A stretch of 61,955 nt of DNA, filler included, from Collodictyon triciliatum (GCA_043381765.1; 4 parts of 4 records of this genome joined end to end with filler, not necessarily neighbours in it); one strand, 5' to 3'; counted from the whole stretch's first letter, positions 47,601 to 61,184 are shown. Translations and numbers: made by a program. Notes: a model not told the origin generated them from the sequence alone.

Positions 47601-49210
47601 AATATTTGCAGTCTCAAAAGCGGTCCAACTCTACATTCGAATATAAACCAGTCACAAGTGATATGTTTGGTAAGACCTTTTACTTTTTCAATCTTTCGGT
47701 TTGCCAAATTGTCATCGTAAGACATATCATTATATGGGCTTCCTTCATGTCTCCTCTTCATCCCATCCCTATTTTGAGTGAAATCTGAAAGATAATCTAG
47801 ACTGTCATGCATGACTATTGCTCGCTAATGCTCTTATCTTGTAGGAGATAGTGCTGAGGATAAATCATCTATCATTGACGGCACATTCTTTTCGAATGGA
47901 ACATATGTATTCTGCATCGCCCCCACACTCAAATCCTTGCCCAATTCTTCAATAGTTCGTATCTATGACTCTATGAATGGGGCTCTTCTTGCAGACTATT
48001 ACCTGAGCGATTTTGATGCTGGTAAACTCCTATCTCCTTGAATTCATCACGCTCTGACTCAGGCTCAACCAACTGATCCCGGATTTCTTGCTCCAAAATC
48101 TAATTTGTAGATGTATATCGGTTATTCTACTATCCTCTACCTAACCATGTCCATCCTCTATGGGTTTTGGATTTTATTCGAAATGTGCTGCCTACTAATT
48201 TGTTTCATGTAGGAGTTTTTGCGTGGTATGACGCTGGACTAGATGCATCATACTTCTTTCACCCAGCAACAAGGTTGATCTCTTTTGTTGAACATTCTAC
48301 TGTTCGCTGGTCAAGGAGACGTTCCAAAGGATCACCAGAAGAATGTGTAGTGCTTCAGTCATACCTAGAGGCTTCGCAGCACTTCAATTCTGAAATACTA
48401 AAGTCCCCCGATAGACTTCCTAATCTTACGATAGCTACTTTCCTTCTTTCTCAATTGGAGCGGCTCTCATTTCAAAGCATGGGTTTGATGGAACGAGTTA
48501 ACCCTATTCTCAAAAAGCAGCTTGAAGCAGCAAACATGTTTTTTCCTTTTGTCTTGGAGTTATGCCCAAAAACATTTGAGTGCATTTATGACATCCTATC
48601 GCAGCTTCACAAGGCATTGAACACTGAAAAACGAGCTAGGTTTGTCAGAGTTGAATTCAATATGGACAGACATTGCAGAACGAAAAATATATTACGAAAA
48701 ATATCACGAAAATAAATATATAAATAAATATGATGTTGAGTCATCCATTTTCTATAACCCAATTGAACGACAGACTAAAGAAAACAATCAACATTAACAG
48801 CTTTGAAGTTGTATACTGCATGAAATCAATACTGGGGGTCTTAACGATGCAACTATCGAAATTATCGCCTTTTGAGCATCTTCCCCTAGACATTGCGCCA
48901 TTCTTCCAATCTACCTCTTTTGAAACTACCTCAGCTGACGCATCAGGTACTTTTTTTCTTCTTGAATTTCACAATGTCTGAATCCTTTTCTGTTCCAACG
49001 TTCGTCATATCTTGTTATATGGTACCGCTCAACCGCAAACATTGAATAATCATGAGCAAAAAGTAACTTCTTTGAATCGAATAAAGGAAAAAAATGAGCA
49101 AAAAGTAACTTGATTGAAAACATTACTTTCTCTAGGTTCTGCATTCTTGACATGGACCCCAGACCAAGTTGCCACATGGATTGGAGATACTCTGGGCTTT
49201 CCTCAATACA
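44613..49210 (+). CDS. 5' part of a giant HECTD4/MYCBP2-like protein; truncated at a gap
   Basis: In-frame exons from MGQVGS; ASDGTYIYY...ILKFGLGHG|GTTIG propeller motif recalled from HECTD4/MYCBP2; CPFC...CTDC Cys cluster; SAM-like start WTPDQVATWIGDTLGFPQY. Confidence 0.6.
49052..49111 (+). mobile_element. Micro-element copy (insert 49070-49093) with perfect 18-bp TSD, intronic
   Basis: ATGAGCAAAAAGTAACTT [CTTTGAATCGAATAAAGGAAAAAA] ATGAGCAAAAAGTAACTT. Confidence 0.9.
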
Positions 49211-49248
49211 TGTTTTTTTTAGTGCCATCAAATTCTTATGACCTACCT

Positions 49249-49327
<79 letters not shown>

Positions 49328-49427
49328 NNNNNNNNNNNNNNNNNNNNNNNNNNNNNNNNNNNNNNNNNNNNNNNNNNNNNNNNNNNNNNNNNNNNNNNNN
49401 NNNNNNNNNNNNNNNNNNNNNNNNNNN

Positions 49428-49832
49428 GATGATGCGACCCATGAACCAAAAAGTGAGTCTGGACAATAAGGATGCATCGTCCCAGCCGAACGCGTCCGAT
49501 TCCTTGTTGGGAACGTCCGAGACGATCAACTGTGTGGAGTGTTTTCAGATTTAGGTGTCCAACGACAGACGATTAAGAATGGAAGAGGAGAACCAACAAG
49601 TCTGCATGATTAGGCTTTAGGAGAGAGGGTTGTATGTGTGCAGCATGAGGGGTTCAATATTTAATTTTTATCTTTATTATTATTCAGCATGCGAGATAAG
49701 CAACATATAATGAGTTAACAGAAGGAAGTACGAATAATGAACAAACACTGGAATGAAAAAAATATGAGAAGGGATGAGCTCATGAAGCTATGTGTGTGGC
49801 AAACAAACCGGGGTTCCCTCGTTGATAGACAT
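49428..49832 (-). CDS. 5' end of an ABCC/MRP-type ABC transporter; truncated at a gap
   Basis: MSINEGTP|LIVSDVPNKESDAFGWDDASLLSRLTFWFMGRII matches the ABCC L0/lasso motif (A-x-x-L-S-x-L-T-F-x-W/F). Confidence 0.65.
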
Positions 49833-50785
49833 GGACGCATCCGCGGTGTTTGTCGAGGAAAGCATTCTGACACCTATAAGTGCATGTTAAATATAGCGGC
49901 GTGTGAAAGTGGCAGTGTTAATTAGATGTGGTGGAGGCGCCAGAATAGTCCTTCGAACGCACAACTAATCATTAGAAATATGAGTTATATACTTTGGCAC
50001 CGAAGGAAGAGGTTTTTTTCAAAATATGCATAAACCATCCCTTTTGTTTTTTATTTGATCCTTTTTTTTTTTATCTTATTTGATATTTTGTGTTCTTTTT
50101 TATGTTCTTTTTTATGTTCTTTTTTATGTTCTTTTTTATGTTCTTTTTTATGTTCTTTTTTATGTTCTTTTTTATGTTCTTTTTTATGTTCTTTTTTATG
50201 TTCTGCAACCCAGCCCCAAACAAAGCAACACATCAGCGCATTCTTTCTGAGAACGGTGTGAATTAGGCTTCAGGGCGTTGGCGTTGCCATTTGGACGCAC
50301 GAGAATCCATACAGTTCACCTGCCCAAACAGGGGCAAAGGAGATGTAAGAAAGCATTTGGAGAACTCAGAGACATGGAGACGCGTGACAACGACTCAAAC
50401 GCACAGAACGTCAGGCTTCTGCACATGCGGAACTTCTCAGAGTGTCAGTCAAAAAACTGTTTTTATCGTGCTGTTGATTAAACGAAGAAAAAAAAACCGT
50501 GATGAAGCGAGATCGCCAGCAAAAACTATTCAATTTATGACCCCACGCAGATCTGAACTGCGATTGTCAGATTCAGAGTCTGAAGTGCTAACCGTTACAC
50601 CATGGAGCCGCTCTCCTCTGACAAGAAAAATAAATATATATAATATGTAGATTATCAAACGGATTCCTTTTTGGTCTTTCTCTTTGTTTACCATGGTCAA
50701 TGCAGCGGCAAGAAGAAGCACCGATTGAAAAAACGAGTTTGCACAGAGAGCAGAGACGAATCGACCCACAAAGCTGCAGGAGGCG

Positions 50786-53238
50786 ATGAGCAACGGACAC
50801 TTTATGTTCCGAGACGATCAGGATCGGCACACCCATTTTTCGCTGTGGTGGGAAAAGCGGGTCGATCGGCATCGCAAAGCGATTTTGCAAAAGACTAGAG
50901 CAGAGGTGGATGTGAGGCAGCCAGGAAACTTCCCGCTTGACGACACACACTCCAAGGCTCAGTACAACAGAAAAGGTATGCGTGAGTGTGCATATAGATA
51001 AAAGCTTCAGCAAGTGACTGACTCGTGGTGAAGACGGCGCCAGAGGAAGTTATTGTTTGCTTAGATGTCTGTTTTTTTTTGTTTTTTTTGTTTTTCCTTT
51101 TTCTTTTTCGCAACCGGTAGAGAAAGAAAAAGAGATCCGCAAAGAGAATACGAGGCTCCAGGAGAAAATCCAAGTGATTCAGACGAACCCGCACATAAGC
51201 ACCATGAACAAATCTTTCAAACCAAAGTCTATGAATCTGGTATTCAGGAAGCAAGAGCAGGAAAAGATTGACAGAGAAAATCAGGTTTTTTTACTGTTTT
51301 TTTTTTTACTGTCATCCTCTAGCAGGAGAATTAATGAATTGAAAGATAGAATATATAATGCCTAAATCTGTAAGTATTCTGATTGCAACCTTTAAAAAAT
51401 ACATTAAAAATCATGGTTATTACAAGGCTTTGATAAATCGGATTGTGCATCTCCCGCCAACGTACAATTTTGAAGAGTTCGAAGACAGGCCGTTCTTCCG
51501 GCAGAGTATTGGAAAGGACGCGTTTGCCTCCTTTAAGGTTGCTCTCCATAACTTCATTGCATTGTATTTTCTATGGCTGCTTTAGAATAGTTCTTTTTTC
51601 TTTTTTCAGTTTTCTTTCAAGAAAATAGAAGTATGCCCACTGAGATAGTTCGCTTTCATGACTTGTGATGAAGTAGAAAGTTCCTGAAAAAATAACGTAT
51701 GGGTTCGGACCCCCGTCTCTCAGTAAAATAATGCTTCCGCCTTTAGAAAAGATCAATCCGTTAGGTGCTCTTTCACAATCTTTGTTTTCATTATTGCCAC
51801 ATTTGTCAGATCAAGATAATAAAATAAATTAGAGAGAATCACCAAGGATAAAATCATCAAATATAACAAACCAGCTCGCAACGAACGAGGACTTGTAGAC
51901 AAGATGATGAGGTGTGCTGCTCTCGGTAAGACTCAGAAGGTCAAGTATCTCGTGGAAGTGAACGGAGTCGACCCAAACACATTTGGAAAACAGGGTGAAA
52001 CTGCGCTTCACCTCGCGTGCAAATATGGTTATACGGTTAGTCTTTTGTGGCACCATCCCATTCAATTCATTGATACATTTGTAGATACTTTATTCGATAC
52101 AATATCAGGGAAACAAATGCAAAAGTTGCATAGATTTTATTTTGTTAATGTATTCAATTTTTTCTTTTCGTCAAATCTGATCATAGGAATTGGTCGAGTT
52201 TTTGATTAAACACGGTGCGGGTGTAAAGCTTCGTTGCACTACCTCGCAAAATGAACTCGTCGGTAGTGATTCGGAACCTGTTCATTGGGCTATGCTCGCC
52301 TGTGAAGAAAGCAGACATTCTGTCCTCCAACTACTGCTTAACGCTGGGGCAAATGTATGCACCTCTATTCTGTGTTCCATGCCATCGCGACATGGCTTAA
52401 TCGATTCTTACGTTACCGTTGCACTTATTCCGATATGATGAAAAAGAGAAAAAGAAATTAGAGTTTATTCGATTATAAAAGAATGTCAATAAATAATCTA
52501 AAAAAAAATAATAGTCATCGCATTTCTTGAATTCCTTTTAGATGAACAGCCTGAATATCGCAAAAGCATCTCCATTATATATTGCATGCCGCATGAAGAT
52601 GATTCAAACTATCACTTTTTTGCTGGAGTGTGGTGTTGACCCAAATGTCCCTTCTGGTCCGAATCAAATATATCCAATTCATCTATCTGTTGCTGAACTC
52701 AGCTTGGACATCTTTCTATCTCTCACGAAACACGGCGCATATACAAACGTCAGTGACGGGTTCGGAAACACAATATTACATTATCTCGCCAGACAAACCT
52801 CCGAAGAATTCATCGATTTAGTTCTTGGCATGCAACCAGACGTAAGTCCGACTTTCTGTTATTCATTCCTGTCCTTTATTTAATATACTCCGAAATGATT
52901 CATATTTCTGATTAACATTCCTCGTCATTTGTATATTTGATAGTCAGCATCCAGTTGTTTCGACCAACAGGTGTAGTAATTCTTTTCATATTCCCTCTTC
53001 TGTTTTCATTTCTCCCCCCTCCTAGATTCAAGAAAGGAATGTTGAAGGCTCTACTCCGTTGCATTGTGCAGTGCAATCTGGAAATATTGCCTACGTCAAA
53101 AGGCTACTGGCTCGCGGGGCAAATCCGATGCTTGCTGATGATGCAGGCCTTTCCTGCGTTGAATGGGGTATGCCTTTCCTTGATGCTGTGTGAAAGGAAT
53201 AGAAAGTTATGCACAAACCTTTGAAAAAAAAATCATTT

Positions 53239-53334
<96 letters not shown>

Positions 53335-53526
53335 TTTTTTTGAGAAAATTATCCCTGTGAAAAGTATTGCAACTGCGTTTCCAAATGACTTCCACCCCAC
53401 ACAGCGAGTATATTCGGCCATCACGAGATACTGGGAGAGTTTCGCCACGACGCAGCGACTCCATCTCCAATTGCCTCCAGCCTCTGGGAGGACTTTGCTC
53501 TCTTCCAGACGCCGGACATGCTTTGA
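50786..53526 (+). CDS. CFAP97/KIAA1430(Hemingway)-like domain fused to ankyrin repeats
   Basis: EIRKENTRLQEKI...SMNLVFRKQEQEKIDRENQ|ALINRI...PTY joins in frame to GETALHLACKYG, SPLYIAC, GNTILHY, GSTPLHCAV; TGA 53524-53526. Confidence 0.75.
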
Positions 53527-53943
53527 CAGAGTCTCCCATCAACAGTCAATATATCTCAACACACTTTTCTTATTTCCTACCTTTTCAAGTTCCACCAGTT
53601 CTTTCCCGAGTTCCGTCGCAATAATTCACATTTCTTTGCTCTCTTGTCCTGGTTCGACTGGTCGCCAACATCGGCGCTAAACATGTATGAATAAAACACA
53701 CAATAAACCACCCGGCTGTTGTTGAAACTCGTGCACATTGAATCGCACTTTGCTCACCAACACGGCTGACGAGCCTTGGAGCATTCAGACAGAAACAAGA
53801 ATGAATCGATTGAAGAAAGAAATCACTATATGTGTTCGATTACTCCCTGTGCCAACTGAAATGCTTGCGAATTAACCCCGGCAGGCAAAACTTTATGCTT
53901 CCACCGCGGCCCCATGAAAACACCAAAGGAAGAGGAAGAGTGC

Positions 53944-55969
53944 TCATCGCCGAAGCCGAAGATAAAGCGCGTGTCCGCACTCGAGACTATCGTCCGGAAT
54001 GTATTTGTGGTAGTAGTTGAGGATGTACTCCTCCGGCTTGAAGCCAAACTTTTGGTAAAGCATCATGGCGGAGTTCTTTGCAGACACATGAAGCGTGATG
54101 TCGCGGTTTGGGCACTGGCGGATAAGGAGATACAGAACCGTGGATGCGATTCCCGCTCCGCGCCATTGCGGATGCACAAGCAGGAATGAGATGTAGCCAG
54201 ACGGCTGAATGAATCCGCAGCCAATCACCAGTTTTTTGTAGCACACAACCACAGAGTAATCGGGATATTCAAGTACTTCCGTCATGTCGATTCCAGGCCA
54301 AAAGTGCTGGCATAGCATCAAGTTCACCTGCGTTATTTAACATTGAAATCATGGCAACTCCATTTTTTTTNNNNNNNNNNNNNNNNNNNNNNNNNNNNNN
54401 NNNNNNNNNNNNNNNNNNNNNNNNNNNNNNNNNNNNNNNNNNNNNNNNNNNNNNNNNNNNNNNNNNNNNNNNNNNNNNNNNNNNNNNNNNNNNNNNNNNN
54501 NNNNNNNNNNNNNNNNNNNNNNNNNNNNNNNNNNNNNNNNNNNNNNNNNNNNNNNNNNNNNNNNNNNNNNNNNNNNNNNNNNNNNNNNNNNNNNNNNNNN
54601 NNNNNNNNNNNNNNNNNNNNNNNNNNNNNNNNNNNNNNNNNNNNNNNNNNNNNNNNNNNNNNNNNNNNNNNNNNNNNNNNNNNNNNNNNNNNNNNNNNNN
54701 NNNNNNNNNNNNNNNNNNNNNNNNNNNNNNNNNNNNNNNNNNNNNNNNNNNNNNNNNNNNNNNNNNNNNNNNNNNNNNNNNNNNNNNNNNNNNNNNNNNN
54801 NNNNNNNNNNNNNNNNNNNNNNNNNNNNNNNNNNNNNNNNNNNNNNNNNNNNNNNNNNNNNNNNNNNNNNNNNNNNNNNNNNNNNNNNNNNNNNNNNNNN
54901 NNNTGCGGTAGGAGACAGACTTTGGTGGGAGGAAAGCGATGTGGGCCGCAGCAACGCGTTGAGAATATGTTTTTGTCTCGTGTGGTTCGAGCTGTGCACC
55001 ATTCATAAAGTGGAGAGCGTAGCGCTGGTAGCGTTGCTGGTATCGGTCCAGGCCGGAGTGTCCCAAGGCTTCATTGTCTCGGTGAAGAGAGGATGAACCC
55101 CTTTGGTTTGTTAAATCAGCTGTAAGGTCTGTCGGAGTATCCGTGGAGACTGTTGGAGATAGGAATGAGGACTTTGGTGAGGAGAACCGCTCCGATGATG
55201 GTTCGGTGGCTGGCTTTGATGAAGATGAAGCTGAGATTGCGAGGTAGAAACACGACTGGTTAAATAAAAATCTCTATTGTGGTTGCTCTATCAATATAAT
55301 GATGTCGTCGTCAATTGAGGTGAGGTTAGAAAATGGCTGTGAGTTAAAGAGATGATTCAGACCTAGCTCGCTCTTGTGTTTGGGAGGGCGGCTATTTAGA
55401 TATGAAGTTCAATTATTAGGGAAAGAATGCAAAGAATCAGTACAGGGTGCTGATAAGAGAATAGTGGTTTCATTTTCTCTTTCTTTTTCCTGGAGTGGTC
55501 GTTTTCGAGTATTGTAATCGTGATTGTCACTTTCTTTTGGTTATACAATCATGTTATTATTTACTCTTCGAATCAGGTTTCCGTCTGGTAGATGAATGAA
55601 AAAGAAAGACTCTTTATACCCAACTTTGCGCTCCTTGTAAAGCTCTCTGAGTGAAAGGGGCTTCTTTTTTGTATGAGAAAGTGCAGCATAGACCTCTGCA
55701 TCCAAATCAAACACGGGTCTCCCGTTATCTCGATGAATCTATCCCGCCACATTATCAGCAGATACAAAACAAATCAGTGGATATGATACGCACGCAGGAA
55801 TTGTTCCTCGTTAATTAATGGCGATTTAAAAAAGATATAGATAGATGAAGACAAATCATATCGAAAGTGCTCTCCCTTGGCAAGGAATGTAGTGGAATTT
55901 GCATTCACCTTTCTTATCTGCAGTTTGCGTCTCATGCGAAGCAGCTTAGAATACATCTGCTGTTGAAGG
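53944..55969 (-). CDS. KAT14: KAT14/CSRP2BP (ATAC2)-like GNAT acetyltransferase; partial, with internal gap
   Basis: LLRMRRKLQIRK|IHRDNGRPVFDLD; GLDRYQ; FWPGIDMTEVLEYPDYSVVV.YKK...YISFLLVHPQWRGAGIA...DITLHVSAKNSAMMLYQKFGFK...LRLRR*. Confidence 0.9.
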
Positions 55970-56557
55970 NNNNNNNNNNNNNNNNNNNNNNNNNNNNNNN
56001 NNNNNNNNNNNNNNNNNNNNNNNNNNNNNNNNNNNNNNNNNNNNNNNNNNNNNNNNNNNNNNNNNNNNNNNNNNNNNNNNNNNNNNNNNNNNNNNNNNNN
56101 NNNNNNNNNNNNNNNNNNNNNNNNNNNNNNNNNNNNNNNNNNNNNNNNNNNNNNNNNNNNNNNNNNNNNNNNNNNNNNNNNNNNNNNNNNNNNNNNNNNN
56201 NNNNNNNNNNNNNNNNNNNNNNNNNNNNNNNNNNNNNNNNNNNNNNNNNNNNNNNNNNNNNNNNNNNNNNNNNNNNNNNNNNNNNNNNNNNNNNNNNNNN
56301 NNNNNNNNNNNNNNNNNNNNNNNNNNNNNNNNNNNNNNNNNNNNNNNNNNNNNNNNNNNNNNNNNNNNNNNNNNNNNNNNNNNNNNNNNNNNNNNNNNNN
56401 NNNNNNNNNNNNNNNNNNNNNNNNNNNNNNNNNNNNNNNNNNNNNNNNNNNNNNNNNNNNNNNNNNNNNNNNNNNNNNNNNNNNNNNNNNNNNNNNNNNN
56501 NNNNNNNNNNNNNNNNNNNNNNNNNNNNNNNNNNNNNNNNNNNNNNNNNNNNNNNNN

Positions 56558-58279
56558 AAGGGGTAAGTATAGTATCAGCCTCATGTCTTATTTCTGTTTC
56601 ATTTGTTATGTTGTTATATTATTTTCATTTTCATTTATTAGACAAAATTTACGACATGCGTTTTCTCGTTGATTATTCTCGACTGTAACCCTAATTAATT
56701 TGTATTTTTTTTTATTTCTATATCACTCCGATTGATATTTTAATCTATCTCGATTTTCAAATACTATTTCGTTTCTGAATGAATTTGTATCACAGTGCAA
56801 ACGCCTTCGTTATTGGGCCTGGTATCGGATATTCTAGAGGGACTTTTCTTGCAGTCTTCAGAGCTTCTTGCCTGTCTCCCAGGTGAAGCCGCCGGTGATT
56901 TGGCAGACTTAAGATGCCATTGTGCTGTCACATATGCACACATCGTGAAATTAACAAAGAGCAAGACGGAGAGATTGGCATGGCTTCTCGAATTTATTTC
57001 TGGTCCCAAGAAAACGGATAGTTTGAGCGATTCCATTATACCAGTTGTCTACCGAATCCTCGACTGCGGTTCAGAGCTCTCTAATAGCTTGTCCAATCCA
57101 GGGGCACTTTTGCATGCGAAAGGCAAAAGTTGGCTACTCGATCTTCTAGATGTCACCTATTCCCAATGCCAAGAAACAGAGGAGATGTCTAGCTTCTTGA
57201 ACCGCCAGCGTTCATCTGTGATAGTTTTGGACCAGATTCAAAGGTCGCTCTTTAATGTATTTTCTAGTAAGAAAATTTCAGAAATGCTGGAGTGGGTCGT
57301 TACCGAATCCATTCAAAGATTCAGAAAGAATATGCTCTATCAACCCTTGAAGCAAAGGCCGTATCTACTCCAGTGTACATTTTATTTAATGCGAGAAGTT
57401 TAATATACGTGAATACAGCTTCACAAGACACATGAATATACTTTCCCCTTCCCATCTTTCTTGATACTTTTACTTGAGCTTGTCATGCATCTCGGAGCAT
57501 CGTGCCATATTCTAAATGATGCAATTCTCATTCGCAAACATCCTTACTCACAGCCTACCAAGTATTCTCTCTTCTGCTTCACACACTCATGTTTTCTGTG
57601 GAAACCGATCTTTTCAACAAAATCTCATCTGAACTAGTCCTACTCCACAGTTTGTCTATAATTGTTGCAAAGAAAAATATACCAGATAATCAAGCACCTA
57701 TATACATGCATTATGATATATTCTCAAAGAAATAGAGACATGGTGACCAACAGATGATTCGTCTTCTGTTGCAAAATAACATTAAATACGCATCCAGGTG
57801 CCTTGGGTGATTGCATGAAGACCGAGACTAAGAATCCGCTTCTGGAGGCTGTGATGAAGCAAGATGTCCGAACTCAATCCGAACCTATTGTTTTCGAATC
57901 AAAGCACCCATATGACAATGACGAAGACTATGACAAGGTTTGATTCAGTTATGTGCTTTCTTCTTTTTTTCTTCTTCCTTTTGAATATTTAGTCTTTAAT
58001 TTACCCGTGAAGGACAGTTCATATTCAGATTAACAGTAAATTCATGACGGGTTTAAGCTTTTTTCTCTCTAGCAGCACCAATATCTTACACGTCCCATCT
58101 TTCATCCTCTTTCTTCTACTTTTCCTTTTTTTTTCTTAAAAAACGATTAGGTTGTCCACGTCCCCTTCGCTTCAAGGCTCATTGTCACCTTCGACCCATC
58201 CTGCCGCTCAGAGCAAAATTACGACTACTTACGATTCTACGCGAAGCCTGGTCGTTCTAATCCACTTAGTGACAAGTTG
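56558..58279 (+). CDS. Internal exons of a large protein with a CUB-like ESxHPY domain; probable continuation of the HECTD4-like gene
   Basis: Long helical exon, then FESKHPYDNDEDY...VHVPFASRLIVTFDPSCRSEQNYDYLRF. Confidence 0.65.
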
Positions 58280-58365
58280 GTTGAGATTAATTTTTTGCTT
58301 TTAAATATGAGATTCTCTCACCAAAAAACAAAAAAAAAAAACAAAAAACAAAAAACAAAAAACAA

Positions 58366-58465
58366 NNNNNNNNNNNNNNNNNNNNNNNNNNNNNNNNNNN
58401 NNNNNNNNNTTAATTAATTAANNNNNNNNNNNNNNNNNNNNNNNNNNNNNNNNNNNNNNNNNNNN
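58366..58465. other. Artificial scaffold linker
   Basis: N44-TTAATTAATTAA-N44. Confidence 0.97.
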
Positions 58466-58566
<101 letters not shown>

Positions 58567-58589
58567 CAGAGTATCAAAATCTACAAAAC

Positions 58590-60566
58590 CTGCAAGGCTT
58601 TCAAATAAAATGTCATCCTGAGGTGCCAACTCTCTCCCACGAAAAGAAACCTTCCTCTCCGTTTGATTGAATATCTAATTGGCGTTGAATAAAAAGAATA
58701 TGAGTACGAAAATGATGATAGCATATGCTTTTATGAAAACTGTTTTTTCTACCTCTGATATTTGGTTCATGATGACTTGTCTGGCTTCTGATGGGGAGTT
58801 CATCTGGGATTGCCTCTTGGTAGATGGACGAAACGTGAATGACTTGCTCTTATTTCTTTGCACAACTACAGGTGGGGATAATGGACTGTACTCCTGGGAT
58901 GTCCTTCTTCGGATTTGTTGTTTCGGAACTGGAGATTCTTGTATTTGAGTCGTTTGGTCTCCCACATATTGTAGAGATGAATTTGGACCTGATGGCGAGA
59001 TTGAAAGGATTGGAGGCGGTGGAGGTGGTGGAGGTGGCGGAGGCGGCGGAGGCGGCGCTGATGATAATTTCAAGGAAGTCATTGAAGGCATTTCTGAAGA
59101 AAACTTTCGTCTTGACGATTTTGGTGATATGGAAACTGGAACCAAAGAGCCGAGAGACGAGCTAACGCCACTGAGAGTTGGTGCGCTGATTTTCGAGGTT
59201 TTACTTTTTAAATGAGAAGACAATCGTTGAATGAACGTTGGTGCCGGTTGTGTTTCGCTTACAGTTGGTCTAATGTCAAATAGGGAAAGCTTCCTAGTTT
59301 GTCCTTGTCCTTGTGACTCTGGAGCCAGGCTAACAGGCGGATTTATGCTTGAGGCATGCGAAGATATCGACAGAAATCGTGCTGATGCTGGGGAATCATT
59401 AATGGAGATCGCTTTTGTCGGAACATTGGGTGATTGGTCTAATTTTTGAATCATGTCTGCGTTCGAGAAGTGTGCAAGGGGGATATTTTCTTGAAAGGAA
59501 CCTTCATCTGAAATCTTAAGTGGAGCCATAGTTTTGGACAGGGATACACCAGCATGTCTAAATGATTCTGAATCCACAATAGACCAAGGTTGAGATGAGT
59601 AATCGATGCTTACTTCCTTGAAAGAAGGGGAGGAAAACGCAGAACTAAAGCTTGATTGTGTGGTCGAAGGAGAATCGGCGTAATGGTTTCCTTGATATAA
59701 TGGAGCTGTGAAGCTTTGATGATTGTGCGGAGATGCATCAGAGGGCAGCAATCTTTGTATTTTAACCTCAAAATCATCATTGATATCATGCTCGGGTGTC
59801 TCTGTGAGCGAGTCTTGTCGTTTCCGAAAAGTGCTTCGAATGGAAACCAGTGCAGCCTCCCTTTCTGTGTCGGTCTCGGTTTCAGTCGCTTCGTCGTATT
59901 CACTGGATGCGATTGCGCCATCACTGAGTCTTCTGCCTCTTTTGGCATCGCTTCCTTGGACATTGCTGTCGCTGGGTGTATCTGTGTGCTCGGCATTAGA
60001 CTCTTGCTCACTCGCAGAATCTGCATCTTTGCTTTCCGTCATCGATTCATAATGACTGCTTTGTATTAAAGCAGCATGAATGTTGAGTGCTCCTTCGATT
60101 TGCTGGGAATAAGCGCATGTTTAGAGTTCTAGGATTGGCTTTAAAGTTTGGGCGCTATGGCCTGAGGTATATCGTGCGAAAAAGAAAAATATATAGATGG
60201 TATATGCTTATTGCTGGGCTAATGTGGCACTTCTTCATTGCTTTTTTTATTTGTAATATAAAGTGGACCATGCGTGTGAAGCCTACATGAATGACCAAGA
60301 TACAACAAGCATAAGATATATCGCTGGTAAAAAAAGGAGGGATGCGATAGAAAGAATGGGCGAAATTGAAAAACCTCTTTTAAGCCGGTTAAGTCGCTGG
60401 ACTGGCGCCGTGAATTGGAGGATGATCGCGGTTTGTCAAAAAAGGTGGCAGCGTCTGTGTTTTTGGTTGGTAGAAGGCTGTGATACTCAGGAGCGTTTTC
60501 GGAGACAGACGGAAGCATAAAACTCGGCTCCGATCGCTGCTTTCGTCCTTGTCTGCTTGACTCCAT
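58590..60566 (-). CDS. 5' part of an unidentified Ser/Pro-rich protein with a poly-Pro tract; 3' part lost at scaffold end
   Basis: MESSRQG...GLKE|QIEGALNIH... joins the 455-aa ORF, then EKT|IFNQTERKV in frame. Confidence 0.7.
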
Positions 60567-60582
60567 CGAGTAGCTGGCCCCT

Positions 60583-60955
60583 CTTTTTATGGTTTTTTAT
60601 GGTTTTTATGGTTTTTTATGGATTTTTATGGTTTTTATGGCTTTTTATGGTTTTTAATGGTTTTTTATGGTTTTTTATGGTTTTTTATGGTTTTTTATGG
60701 TTTTTTATGGTTTTTTATGGTTTTTTATGGTTTTTTATGGTTTTTTTATGGTTTTTNNNNNNNNNNNNNNNNNNNNNNNNNNNNNNNNNNNNNNNNNNNN
60801 NNNNNNNNNNNNNNNNNNNNNNNNNNNNNNNNNNNNNNNNNNNNNNNNNNNNNNNNAACAAACAAACAAACAAACAAACAAACAAACAAACAAACAAACA
60901 AACAAACAAACAAACAAACAAACAAACAAACAAACAAACAAACAAACAAACAAAC
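60583..60955. repeat. (TTTTTTATGG)n and (AAAC)n satellites spanning a gap
   Basis: Direct reading. Confidence 0.93.
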
Positions 60956-61184
60956 TCACCAAATTTATATGCTTGGATTTAGTCTTTGGAAGGGCAGTGG
61001 GAAAAGTTATAGGAGAAGAGAGTTGTCAGATGCACAAAACGCACGTCCAAGTGCCCACTATCTATCACTCCTCCTCTTCATCTTTTTTTTTTTCATGGTC
61101 ATGATTCCTCTTTACCTTGCCTTCTTCTTTGTATTTTCGGGAGGAGGAGAAAAGGAAGAAAGAACATCATAATGACGGGTCGCT

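Noticed and set aside
54269-56688. Long ORFs of 186-273 aa
   Set aside because: They consist mostly of N-gap residues.
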